A stretch of 64,000 nt of DNA from Candidatus Cloacimonadales bacterium (GTDB lineage: Bacteria; Cloacimonadota; Cloacimonadia; Cloacimonadales; JAFGVF01): the NCBI GenBank assembly GCA_963677495.2, contig CAXXOU010000001.1:32001-96000 (forward strand), given 5' to 3'. Below, piece after piece: positions 29,216 through 38,788 of the stretch (positions are counted from its first letter, which is position 1; the number at the start of each line of letters is the position of its first letter). The translations under genes were made by a program, and so were the position numbers. The notes below the pieces were generated by a model, which saw only the letters and a program-made list of their open reading frames with translations, was not told where the DNA came from and made no database searches.

Positions 29216-30239
29216 TTCAATGCAAAGAATCCTAACAGCTCTAACACATAAAGAAGGTGATAGAGTACCTTTCATTTTACCTTTAACATTGCATGGTGCA
29301 AAAGAGCTTGTAATGTCTATTAAAGAGTACTTCTCTTCAGCAGACAATGTGTATAAAGGTCAAATTATATTAAAAGAAAAATATGATCACGATGCATATA
29401 TTGGATTTCTACATGCACCCTTGGAGATAGCAGCCTTTGGAGGTGAAGTTATCTATGTAGAGGATGGACCCCCAAACTCAGGAGAACCGGTTATAAAATG
29501 TGCTAAAGATATTCTGACTCTTGAAGTTCCTGACGTGAAGAATAATAAACATACTAGATTAACTTTAGATACAATATCTAAACTAAAAGAGGTAGCAACC
29601 GATCAGACACCAATAATTGGTGTGGTTATGTCTCCATTCTCTTTACCTGTTATGCAGATGGGGTTCGATAAATATCTAGATTTAATCTATGAAGACAGAG
29701 AGCTTTTCTGGAAATTGATGGAGAAGAACCTTGATTTCGCAAAAAGTTGGGCTAATGCTCAAGTCGAAGCAGGAGCAGCTGCAATTGTCTATTTTGATCC
29801 TGTGTCTTCACCAACAATTATCCCAACTGAGTTATACAAAGAAACAGGTCTAAAGGTGGCACAGCAATTTGTACCCAAAGTAAATGCCGGAGTAGTCTCT
29901 CACTTTGCTTCCGGTAGTTGCCTTCCAATTCTCGATGATGTGATTGGCTATGGGAGTGCAGGAGTTGGAGTTAGTTCTAAAGAGGATTTAGAAGAACTGA
30001 AAAAACGTTCAACAGGTAAGATTACTTTACTTGGGAATTTAAATGCAATTGAAATGCGAAACTGGGATATTGAGACGACAAAAGAAAAAGTTAAAGAGAT
30101 AATAAATATAGCTGGTAAAAACGGTGGCCTAATTCTCATGGATAATCATGGTGAAATCCCTTGGCAAGTAAGTGATGAGATACTATTTGCTATCGCAGAT
30201 GCTGTTAAAACTTATGGGAAATACCCTTTAGGAGAGTGA
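29202..30239 (+). CDS. UroD/MtaA-CmuA-family methylcobamide methyltransferase-like protein
   Basis: GDRVP, SPFSL, AQVEAGA, FDPVSS, LLGNLN; overlaps the corrinoid gene. Confidence 0.85.
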   Translation: MEKISSMQRILTALTHKEGDRVPFILPLTLHGAKELVMSIKEYFSSADNVYKGQIILKEKYDHDAYIGFLHAPLEIAAFGGEVIYVEDGPPNSGEPVIKCAKDILTLEVPDVKNNKHTRLTLDTISKLKEVATDQTPIIGVVMSPFSLPVMQMGFDKYLDLIYEDRELFWKLMEKNLDFAKSWANAQVEAGAAAIVYFDPVSSPTIIPTELYKETGLKVAQQFVPKVNAGVVSHFASGSCLPILDDVIGYGSAGVGVSSKEDLEELKKRSTGKITLLGNLNAIEMRNWDIETTKEKVKEIINIAGKNGGLILMDNHGEIPWQVSDEILFAIADAVKTYGKYPLGE

Positions 30240-30240
30240 T

Positions 30241-31986
30241 TTGAGTAAGCTAACTTTTATTGCTTGTTCTAATATTATTCCGGAACTAAAGTATATTCTA
30301 GAACAGGAATCAATTTCGGATGTTGAAATTGTTAGTTCAGGTAATAACTGTAACATGCGTTATAAAGCAAAAGATATTGATAGAATCCTTGCAAATCATG
30401 GTATCTCCGACTATATGGATGCATTCATAATTGGAAGTGTTTGTATGGATAAAGAAACAATCTCAGAGCTACCAAATCTAAAGACGCATATTATGGAAAA
30501 CTGCTTTGAGCTTTTCATGAATAAACCTGTTTTGATTCATTACATCTCTAAAAGGTATTTTATAATCTCTCCGGGATGGTTGCAACAGTGTTGGGATCTC
30601 TTTAAACAATGGGGTTTTAATAAATCAGACATAAAGGATTTCTTTAAAGAATCAGCTGACAAAATGCTGTTTCTTAACACCGGAGTGATGGTTAATTATA
30701 TACAGGAATTGGATAAAGTTTCTGAATATATCGGTATAGGATATGAAATTCTTGAAGTAGGAATTGATTATCTCAAGAACTATATCATTAAGGTTATTGC
30801 TCAATGGCGTTCCGAAAAGGAAAACATCTACTTTAGGGATCAATTGGCAATGTTAACACAGCAATCAGCGAACTATGCATTGATTTTTGACCAGATTGAG
30901 ATGATTGCTTCATTATCTGTCGAAGAGGAGATTGTCAGCAGTGTTATGGATATCATGAATATCCTTTTTGCACCAACTGATATTCTCTACCTACCCTATT
31001 TTGATGGTAATCCCGGAGAGCTAATTTCATTCAAAGGATGCACAGATGATTATATAGGGCAAATTGAAGCTGTATCTAAATCTGATTTCTTAATGCCTGT
31101 TGTTTATTTAAACCAACAGATTGCAACATTTAAGTTCATTGGTGTTACCTTCCCGCAATATATTGAAAGATATAAAGAGTTAACAAAAGTACTGAACAAT
31201 GTTTGTTCATTAGGCATAGCTAATTCCAGAAAGTATCTTTCATTGATGGATAAAGAGAAAGAGATTAGAGAAGTTAATGCAGAATTAGTACAAACATTAA
31301 ACCAAAAAGATAAACTTCTTTCCGTGATTGCACATGATATGAGAGGTCCTATTAGTAACCTTATCAGCCTTTCAAGTATCATCTCTGATGCGCTGGATGA
31401 AAGAGACTGTCATACTTGTATTGATATGGTTCAACACCTAAGCTCTGAATCTGAACGAGCTAACCATCTTATAAAGGATCTTCTCGAATGGGGTGCTTCT
31501 CAAAGCGGAAGAATAGCATATAATCCATCTTACTGTAACTTCTCAAAAATAGAGAAAGAGGTTTTACGTTATGTCAATGAAGCACTGGAACAGAAAGGTA
31601 TCTCTTTTCAAGAAGAGATAGCTAGCGACTGTAAAGTATATGCTGATTGTAGGATGATAGTAGTAGTTTTGAGAAATCTAATCAGTAATTCTGTTAAGTT
31701 TACACCAAGTGGTGGTGAGATTGAACTAAAGATGGAAACTGTGGATGACAATTTCATACGGCTATCAGTAATTGATAATGGTATAGGAATGCCGGAAGCA
31801 ATACGCACACGATTATTCCAAGTAGGTGAGAATGTTTCAAGATCAGGGACGAACGGAGAAAACAGCACCGGTCTTGGACTACTTATTAGTAACGACTTTA
31901 TCAAAAAACATGAGAGTAGCATTGACGTAAAAAGTGAGGAAGGTAAAGGTACAGAGATGAGTTTCAAACTCAAATATAAGAGATAA
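30241..31986 (+). CDS. DUF1638-like domain fused to a GAF-like linker and histidine kinase
   Basis: N-terminal IACS, NCFELF, IISPGWL; H-box IAHDMRGP, N-box RNLISNSVKFT, DNGIG, TGLGL; no TM segments. Confidence 0.85.
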   Translation: MSKLTFIACSNIIPELKYILEQESISDVEIVSSGNNCNMRYKAKDIDRILANHGISDYMDAFIIGSVCMDKETISELPNLKTHIMENCFELFMNKPVLIHYISKRYFIISPGWLQQCWDLFKQWGFNKSDIKDFFKESADKMLFLNTGVMVNYIQELDKVSEYIGIGYEILEVGIDYLKNYIIKVIAQWRSEKENIYFRDQLAMLTQQSANYALIFDQIEMIASLSVEEEIVSSVMDIMNILFAPTDILYLPYFDGNPGELISFKGCTDDYIGQIEAVSKSDFLMPVVYLNQQIATFKFIGVTFPQYIERYKELTKVLNNVCSLGIANSRKYLSLMDKEKEIREVNAELVQTLNQKDKLLSVIAHDMRGPISNLISLSSIISDALDERDCHTCIDMVQHLSSESERANHLIKDLLEWGASQSGRIAYNPSYCNFSKIEKEVLRYVNEALEQKGISFQEEIASDCKVYADCRMIVVVLRNLISNSVKFTPSGGEIELKMETVDDNFIRLSVIDNGIGMPEAIRTRLFQVGENVSRSGTNGENSTGLGLLISNDFIKKHESSIDVKSEEGKGTEMSFKLKYKR

Positions 31987-31998
31987 AAAGGGGTTTAT

Positions 31999-33126
31999 GT
32001 GAAGTATAGAAAGATGCCGAAATTAAACGATGACCTATCCATTCTTGGTTTGGGTTGTATGAGGCTACCAATGACTGAAGACAAGAAAATAGATGAAGAG
32101 AAAGCTTTTGCAATGATGAAACACTCGATAGAATCAGGTATTAATTACTTCGATACAGCCTGGCCTTATCATCAGGGTGAAAGCGAACCTATTGTAGGGA
32201 AGTTCCTGGCTCAAGGCTACCGTGACAAAGTGCTACTTGCAACTAAACTTCCATCCTGGTTAATAAATACTCGTGAAGAAATGGATGAATACTTAGATAA
32301 GCAGCTTGAGAGACTACAAACTGATCATATCGACTACTATCTTGTGCATGCTCTTAACAAGAAGTATTGGGATAACCTTACTAAGTTGGGTCTCTTTGAT
32401 TTCTTAGAGAAAGCGAAAGCTGCCGGAAAGATTAGAAATATTGGTTTCTCATTTCATGATAAGTATCCGATGTTTAGCAAGATTGTAAAAGCCTATGACT
32501 GGGATTTCTGTCAGATACAGCTTAACTTCTTCGACACAACTTACCAAGCAGGTTTAAAAGGAATACGACTTGCTGCTTCCAAGGGAATTGGAGTGATAGT
32601 AATGGAACCTCTGCGTGGAGGCAAACTTGTTAATAATGTACCTGATGATGTTACAAAACTATGGGATAAATCATCCTATGACTCTACACCTGCAGAAAGA
32701 GCTCTACGCTGGTGTTGGAATCACGCGGAAGTACAAGTTGTACTTAGTGGTATGAGTAGCATGGAACAGCTTCAGCAGAATATCGAGACTACAGATATCT
32801 GTGAAGAGAATGAACTTGCACCGAAAGAGATGAGATTATATCAAAAAGCCAGAAAGATATATATTGAGAGAATGGCTGTTGGTTGTACTTCATGTGGTTA
32901 CTGCATGCCATGTCCTCATGGAGTAAACATTCCAACCTCACTCGGTCTATACAACAATGGTCATATGTTTGGTGACAAAGAGCAGGCCAAGAAGGAATAC
33001 AACTGGTTTGTTAAAGAGGAGAATCGAGCTGATAAATGTGTTAACTGTGGATTTTGCATCGAGAAATGTCCTCAGCAGATAGATATTCCTACTGAACTTG
33101 GGAAAGTAAAGAATTACTTTGAATAG
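31999..33126 (+). CDS. Aldo/keto reductase with C-terminal 4Fe-4S dicluster
   Basis: LGLGCMRLP, YFDTAWPYH, LATKLP, CTSCGYCMPCP, CVNCGFCIEKCPQ. Confidence 0.92.
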   Translation: MKYRKMPKLNDDLSILGLGCMRLPMTEDKKIDEEKAFAMMKHSIESGINYFDTAWPYHQGESEPIVGKFLAQGYRDKVLLATKLPSWLINTREEMDEYLDKQLERLQTDHIDYYLVHALNKKYWDNLTKLGLFDFLEKAKAAGKIRNIGFSFHDKYPMFSKIVKAYDWDFCQIQLNFFDTTYQAGLKGIRLAASKGIGVIVMEPLRGGKLVNNVPDDVTKLWDKSSYDSTPAERALRWCWNHAEVQVVLSGMSSMEQLQQNIETTDICEENELAPKEMRLYQKARKIYIERMAVGCTSCGYCMPCPHGVNIPTSLGLYNNGHMFGDKEQAKKEYNWFVKEENRADKCVNCGFCIEKCPQQIDIPTELGKVKNYFE

Positions 33127-33131
33127 AATTT

Positions 33132-33157
33132 AAAAGGGCAGGTTAAATCCTGCCCTT
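33132..33157. terminator. Hairpin between convergent genes
   Basis: AAGGGCAGG-TTAAAT-CCTGCCCTT. Confidence 0.75.
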
Positions 33158-33176
33158 ACTCAATTTCTTTAAATCA

Positions 33177-33734
33177 TCAATCCATACTCAACAACGAGTA
33201 TTGCAATACATCATAAAAGAACTTCTTATCCTCATGGAATCCACGTTTTCTAAGTAATCCTTCTTTCGTGAAGCCAAGTTTCTCAACTAAGGCAACTGAG
33301 GGAGTATTATCAGGAGAAATCAGGCATTGAACACGATGTAAACCCATCTGTTTAAAAGAGAAGTCAAGTACAGCTTTCATTGCTTCTGTCATAAAGCCTT
33401 TCTTCCAGAACTTACGATTTAAGTCATAACCAAGATCTGCGATTCCCTCTTTTATAAAGTCATGGAGAACCATTGTACCAATCAGGATGCCTGAATCCTT
33501 CTCCTCAATTCCCCATCTGATAGCGGACATACTGTCAAACTGGTTGTTGAAATAATCAATCAACATCTCAGCTGTCTCTTCACTCTCTGGTCCAGTCCAA
33601 TCGAGATACTCAGTCACATCATTATTCTCATATATTTCGAAGAAATCATCAGCATCATCATACTCCATTCGTCTGATTACAAGACGTTCTGTCTCCAGTT
33701 CAGGGAATGAGTTGAAAACATCTCTAAAGCCCAT
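33177..33734 (-). CDS. GNAT acetyltransferase (RimJ/RimL family)
   Basis: FPELETERLVIR, LGYDL...WKKGFMTEA, NTPSVALVEKLGF. Confidence 0.9.
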   Translation of the reverse strand: MGFRDVFNSFPELETERLVIRRMEYDDADDFFEIYENNDVTEYLDWTGPESEETAEMLIDYFNNQFDSMSAIRWGIEEKDSGILIGTMVLHDFIKEGIADLGYDLNRKFWKKGFMTEAMKAVLDFSFKQMGLHRVQCLISPDNTPSVALVEKLGFTKEGLLRKRGFHEDKKFFYDVLQYSLLSMD

Positions 33735-33742
33735 AAACGCTC

Positions 33743-35002
33743 CTATTTATTAAAGTGCTCAAGTAATTCTGATTCAGTTAATGAATCTTGTGTACTCTCA
33801 TCTAAGTTTTTAAGTACATAAGCATTATTGTCAATTTCATTTTCACCAATAATTAACGCATACTTAGCATTAACTTTATTTGCTGTTTTCATCTGAGCCT
33901 TCATTGAAACTTTGATCGGATCATACTCAATCTTCACATCCAAAGCTCTCAGTTTCTGCATAAGTTCTGAGCCTTTTACCAAAGCTTTATCACCTAGGAT
34001 TACAGCATAAACATCAGGACCGGGTTCGTTACCCATAAAGAGCTCTTCCTGTTCAAGAGAAAGAATCAGTCGTTCGAAACCACCTGCAAAACCGATACCC
34101 GGTGATTCTTTGCCACCTATCTGTTGAACAAGACCATTGTAACGTCCACCACCCCCAACGGCATTCTGAGCACCAAGCTTATTATTAAGGAATTCAAAAG
34201 CTGTGTGAGTATAATAATCGAGTCCTCTAACAATACGTGGGTTGATTTTAAACTCAACATCCATCGCTTTCAGGTAAATCTGAACTGCTTCAAAGTGCTC
34301 TTTACATTCATCATCAAGATAATCTATCATCACAGGTGCTACAGCAGCAATCTCTTTACAAGTTGGGACTTTACAATCAAGCAAACGACGAGGGTTCTTT
34401 TCTAATCTAGCGATACAGTCACCACAAATTTCCTCTTTGTGAGGTTCATAAAAATCGCGAAGCGCTTTGTTATATCCCTCAGTCGAAGCTTTGTTTCCGA
34501 GTGAATTTATTTCTAGTACAATACCTTTTAAACCAAGTCTTTTCAAAAATGCATATTGCAGTGCAATCACTTCAGCATCAACATAGGGATGGTTTGAGCC
34601 AATAGCCTCTACCCCATATTGATAAAACTGACGATAACGACCTTTCTGTGGTCGATCATAACGGAACATAGGTCCCATGTAATATAATCTCTGGAGTCCG
34701 CCATTTGCCTGCATATTATTCTCTACATAGCTTCTGACAACCGGTGCAGTACCTTCAGGTCTAAGAGCAAACGTTCTTTGCTTGTTATCTTTGAACTTGT
34801 ACATCTCTTTCTGTATAATATCGGATGTATCACCGACACTTCTTTCAAACAGATCTGCTTTCTCAAAGATCGGTGTTACTATCTCTTTGTAACCAAATTC
34901 CATTGCAGTTTTAGCAAAAACATGTTTTATGTAGTTCCAAATATAGCTTTTTTCAGGTAGGATATCAAAAGTCCCTCGTGGGATAGTATATTTAACAGCC
35001 AT
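33743..35002 (-). CDS. hisS: Histidine--tRNA ligase
   Basis: LRPEGTAP, FRYDRPQKGRYRQFYQ, RGLDYY, GGGRYN. Confidence 0.97.
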   Translation of the reverse strand: MAVKYTIPRGTFDILPEKSYIWNYIKHVFAKTAMEFGYKEIVTPIFEKADLFERSVGDTSDIIQKEMYKFKDNKQRTFALRPEGTAPVVRSYVENNMQANGGLQRLYYMGPMFRYDRPQKGRYRQFYQYGVEAIGSNHPYVDAEVIALQYAFLKRLGLKGIVLEINSLGNKASTEGYNKALRDFYEPHKEEICGDCIARLEKNPRRLLDCKVPTCKEIAAVAPVMIDYLDDECKEHFEAVQIYLKAMDVEFKINPRIVRGLDYYTHTAFEFLNNKLGAQNAVGGGGRYNGLVQQIGGKESPGIGFAGGFERLILSLEQEELFMGNEPGPDVYAVILGDKALVKGSELMQKLRALDVKIEYDPIKVSMKAQMKTANKVNAKYALIIGENEIDNNAYVLKNLDESTQDSLTESELLEHFNK

Positions 35003-35095
35003 TAATTCTCCTTACGTTATCACGCTGTATTAATTGTCTCAAATCTTTAAGTATATTATCATTAGTCAAATGATTATTATCCTGATAATAAATAG

Positions 35096-35123
35096 AAAAG
35101 GGATTCTTGATCAAGAATCCCTT
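35096..35123 (-). terminator. Terminator after cutC
   Basis: AAGGGATTCTTG-AT-CAAGAATCCCTT with a U-tract on minus. Confidence 0.7.
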
Positions 35124-35147
35124 CAAAATTTTATACGTCATCTCAAT

Positions 35148-35780
35148 CTATAATAGTTTACCAACCAGTTTTCTTCCGTGATAATATGGTTGTTGTAATT
35201 TAGCATGAAGACGATTAACATTTCTATCTGTTATGTTTCCTGCAGGAATAATCTCAAGCACATAATCAGCAGCATCGTGCATCTTCTTCAGCATCTCCAA
35301 ACCGGCATCTGCTGTTGCTTCACCACCGGAGGTTAATATGTATTTAACTTGTGAGTATTTCTTCAAAGTTTCCACTGACTGGAGAATGTCATAAGTTTTA
35401 TCAATAGCTTTATGGAAAGTAACAGGAATATCACCGGTAGCTTTAAGGAGTTTCTTAAGAGCAGTCTCGTTGATAGTATCATCTTTCTTAAGAACTCCAA
35501 GTACAAAGCCGGCAACCTTAAGCTCTTTGAACTTCTCAATTGATGCACACATCTCATCAATCTCTGCTTTAGAATAAACAAAGTTACCTTCGCGAGGTCT
35601 AATCATGACCTTTACAGGTATATCAATAGCATTTACAACTATCCGTACCATCTCTATCGGTGGAGTCAAACCATCTTTATCAAGATGCGAGCAAAGCTCT
35701 AATCTATCAGCCTGTAGTTCCCAGGCGTAAAGGGCTTCTGAGAATGACTCTACACAAACTTCTTTCCTAAAATTATTCAT
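35148..35780 (-). CDS. cutC: Copper homeostasis protein CutC
   Basis: EVCVES, ADRLELC, GLTP, VMIRPREGNFVY, TFHKAID, ILTSGG. Start at ATG 35780. Confidence 0.92.
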   Translation of the reverse strand: MNNFRKEVCVESFSEALYAWELQADRLELCSHLDKDGLTPPIEMVRIVVNAIDIPVKVMIRPREGNFVYSKAEIDEMCASIEKFKELKVAGFVLGVLKKDDTINETALKKLLKATGDIPVTFHKAIDKTYDILQSVETLKKYSQVKYILTSGGEATADAGLEMLKKMHDAADYVLEIIPAGNITDRNVNRLHAKLQQPYYHGRKLVGKLL

Positions 35781-36079
35781 ACTTTCTCCAAACTTTGTTA
35801 ATCGCAAGTTTGATTCTAAGGAAATATCGTCAATAAAAAAGAATTGTCCAGAGTATGAATACTGATTTCCACTACATGTTTGCAATCATACGTCTGGCTC
35901 GTTCACGTATATACTACATCTTGTTTCGATACAAAGACTCCGCATACTCTTTAAAATGAAATTTATCTAGAAAAACCAAAACTTATTCTTAACAGTTTAA
36001 TCACTTCTTTTCTAACCTTTATTCATAAAGTTTTTTTCCAGCTTCATTGCTTTCTCCCAATGATAATTAACTTAGAATT

Positions 36080-36150
36080 TCTACATCATCTAAATCCAAT
36101 CTACATCCCATCTGTTGTAACGGGGAGCTAACGAGAAGCTAACGGGAACT
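36080..36150. repeat. Short periodic repeats in a divergent intergenic region
   Basis: TAACG at 36118, 36129 and 36140 (11-bp period), preceded by TCTA(C/A)ATC repeats resembling 14792-14820. Confidence 0.55.
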
Positions 36151-36311
36151 CCATGGGGGTCAATCTGGAAATGTGATAGAGCGATGAATGTTTTATTGAT
36201 AATACTAAGCTTGACTCATTAAATTTAAAGCTTGCATAAAAAATGTATTATTACTAAACTATCACAATAGATTAGCTAATTGTTCACCTGTAAAGAAGCG
36301 AGGAGGTTGGA

Positions 36312-36974
36312 ATGAACAGTAATTATGACGTCAGTATTGAAGCAAATTTCGATATCTATTTTGATAATCTTATTAAAGGCAATAGAAGAAACTGCTTAGA
36401 GATAGTGAAAGAACTTAAAACTATTGATGTATCTATTGAAGAGCTATACGAGCATTTGTTCAAACGAGCTCTATATAAAGTTGGAGATTTATGGGAAAAC
36501 AATGTTATATCAGTAGCAAAAGAACATATGGCTACAGCTATTACTGAAGGTATCATGAACACAATCTATGCTGATCTGGATCCCAGATATGAATCTAAAG
36601 GAGTTGTAATTGTTACTACAACCACGGGGGAAAAGCATCAAGTTGGTGCAAAAATGGTTGCTGATATCTTCGAATTGTTTGGTTGGGAATGCTACTTTCT
36701 TGGGGCAGAAACTCCGGTATCTGAACTGATCAAACTTGCTAAAGAGGTGAAACCTGATATTATTGCGATCTCCCTAACTGTTTACACGCATCTGCATGAT
36801 CTATATGCAATGATTCGTGAAATAAAGATTGAGATGTTAGATGTAGAGTTTCTAATTGGTGGTCAGGCATTCAATAAGGGAAGCAGCAGGATTGAGTCTG
36901 ATTTCACAAACTTAAAGCTTGTAAGTAATATTATTGATTTGGAACAATTTCTTGTAGAGAGGAGTGAACGATGA
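36312..36974 (+). CDS. Stand-alone cobalamin-binding protein with a CarH-type W-x9-EH motif
   Basis: W-ENNVISVAK-EH, EKHQVG (ExHxxG), ISLT, IGGQAF; no DNA-binding domain. Confidence 0.88.
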   Translation: MNSNYDVSIEANFDIYFDNLIKGNRRNCLEIVKELKTIDVSIEELYEHLFKRALYKVGDLWENNVISVAKEHMATAITEGIMNTIYADLDPRYESKGVVIVTTTTGEKHQVGAKMVADIFELFGWECYFLGAETPVSELIKLAKEVKPDIIAISLTVYTHLHDLYAMIREIKIEMLDVEFLIGGQAFNKGSSRIESDFTNLKLVSNIIDLEQFLVERSER

Positions 36975-37357
36975 GTAAAGATATAAATAAAGCTTCTGAT
37001 ACAACTATCCTAGAGATGGAAAAGGCTAAGCAAGAGGCAGTAATAGCATTAAATAACTATTTCATTGAAACAGTTGACTCGAGCGTATATGGTGATGATG
37101 AAGTAACACTAAAGAATAATCATAACAATCATTTTGATTTTGTGGTCTCATTTCTAGAAAATCCTGATATGGAAGTACTTTCTGAAACAGTTGGTTGGGT
37201 TGTGAAATCATATGAAGCTCATGGATTTCTGAAAGAGTATTTTTTAAGAGCTATACCTAAATGGAAAAAAGAACTGAAGAGACTTCTGTCCGATAAGGCC
37301 TATACTGAAGTTGCTCCACTATATGACTGGTTTACAAAGTATTTCGAGAATGAGTAA
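36971..37357 (+). CDS. Small helical hypothetical protein (possibly globin/phycobilin-like)
   Basis: ATGA overlap with the B12 gene; pattern NH..HF.F.....L...V.W....Y..HGF. Confidence 0.65.
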   Translation: MSKDINKASDTTILEMEKAKQEAVIALNNYFIETVDSSVYGDDEVTLKNNHNNHFDFVVSFLENPDMEVLSETVGWVVKSYEAHGFLKEYFLRAIPKWKKELKRLLSDKAYTEVAPLYDWFTKYFENE

Positions 37358-37360
37358 GAA

Positions 37361-38473
37361 TTGATGCCTACAAACCTTCTAGCAGATATCTTGATGAGTA
37401 GTAAATCACATTGTGTTGCGGTTTACTATATCGAATCCGGTAAATTCAAACTAAACAAGGGGTTTAGTAATCTGATTGGAAAAACACTACTTTCTGAAGC
37501 AGTTATGAACCCCAAATGGGACAAAGTGCTTAGTTTTCCTAGCTCAACAGAAGATTATGTGTTTAACGGTATAATAACTGCCGGTGTCAATGAGAATAGT
37601 GCCCAGAGCTTGAATGGGAAGATTTTCAAGAATGAAGATTTTATTGTTATATCACTTGAATATCAGGTAGATGAGTTAGTTAGTTTTACTGCCAAAGTCA
37701 GTGATTTCAACAGAGAGATTATGAACTTACAACGCGATTTGATTAAGGAAAAGAAGCAGCTCAAGCAAACACTAAAGAAGTTAAAAATTGCGAATGAACA
37801 GAAGAATGAACTTCTTGGAATCGCAGCACATGACTTACGTAACCCTATTGGAGCAATAAAATCATTTAGTGATTTACTGCTATATGATGATTTAGATGTG
37901 AATCAGATGGAGATTATCCAAATGATAAACAAATCCAGTGATTATATGTTGTACTTAATAACAAATCTACTTGATATGAGTGCTTTTGAGGCTGGAAAAC
38001 TGAATATCAAGATGTCTGAGCATTCATATAATGATGTTATTAAGGAGATTATATCTATTAATCATCATTACGCAACGAGTAAGGATATAACTCTGAATAT
38101 GCAGTATCTTGCTACACACGATATTTTCAATTTTGATAACAATAAAATAATGCAGGTTCTAAATAACTTAGTAGGAAATGCGATTAAATACTCCCCTCCC
38201 AAGACACATGTGGAAGTAATTGTCACAGATCAGGGAGACTTCATTAAAACAGAGATTAAAGACCAAGGTGTTGGTATTAAAGAGGAAGAACTTTCATTGC
38301 TTTTTAAAGCATTTTCCAGAACATCTTCAACCCCAACAGGAGATGAGACAAGTACCGGGCTGGGACTAGCTATTACGAAGAAAATAGTAGATGGTCATAA
38401 TGGAGAAGTAGGAGTCGAAAGCATAGTTGGTGTCGGATCAGATTTCTGGTTTACAATCCCAATATCGATTTAA
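37361..38473 (+). CDS. Cytoplasmic sensor histidine kinase
   Basis: Coiled coil, AAHDLRNP, NNLVGNAIKY, DQGVG, TGLGL; no TM. Confidence 0.92.
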   Translation: MMPTNLLADILMSSKSHCVAVYYIESGKFKLNKGFSNLIGKTLLSEAVMNPKWDKVLSFPSSTEDYVFNGIITAGVNENSAQSLNGKIFKNEDFIVISLEYQVDELVSFTAKVSDFNREIMNLQRDLIKEKKQLKQTLKKLKIANEQKNELLGIAAHDLRNPIGAIKSFSDLLLYDDLDVNQMEIIQMINKSSDYMLYLITNLLDMSAFEAGKLNIKMSEHSYNDVIKEIISINHHYATSKDITLNMQYLATHDIFNFDNNKIMQVLNNLVGNAIKYSPPKTHVEVIVTDQGDFIKTEIKDQGVGIKEEELSLLFKAFSRTSSTPTGDETSTGLGLAITKKIVDGHNGEVGVESIVGVGSDFWFTIPISI

Positions 38474-38490
38474 ACTAATTATATTAAAAT

Positions 38491-38520
38491 AAGGCCACTG
38501 AAACAATCAGGGGCTTTTTT
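38491..38520 (+). terminator. Intrinsic terminator
   Basis: GGCCACTGA-AACAA-TCAGGGGCT followed by a T-run. Confidence 0.6.
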
Positions 38521-38788
38521 GTAATATCCTGTTACATAACCTATATAAAAGTAACAGCACATGCTTCTCTTGCCACAACTGTTTAACCTGCTTTGCTTTA
38601 GCATCAGAAGCATATTCTCTGAAAGATCTTTTCGTAACGCTATGTTACAATCTGAATCTTGGTTCAGATGAACTCTACATCATTGATCTACATAGAGATA
38701 CGCCAATTATTAAAAAGTGGTTCCAATCTGGCATTAGTAAAAGCCAGATATGGAATGATATATAATTGTCATACCGGAAGGAGTAAAA

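Noticed and set aside
38729..38744. Sigma54 promoter TGGCATTAGTAAAAGC
   Set aside because: GG-to-GC spacing is 11 rather than 10; better explained as one arm of an inverted repeat.
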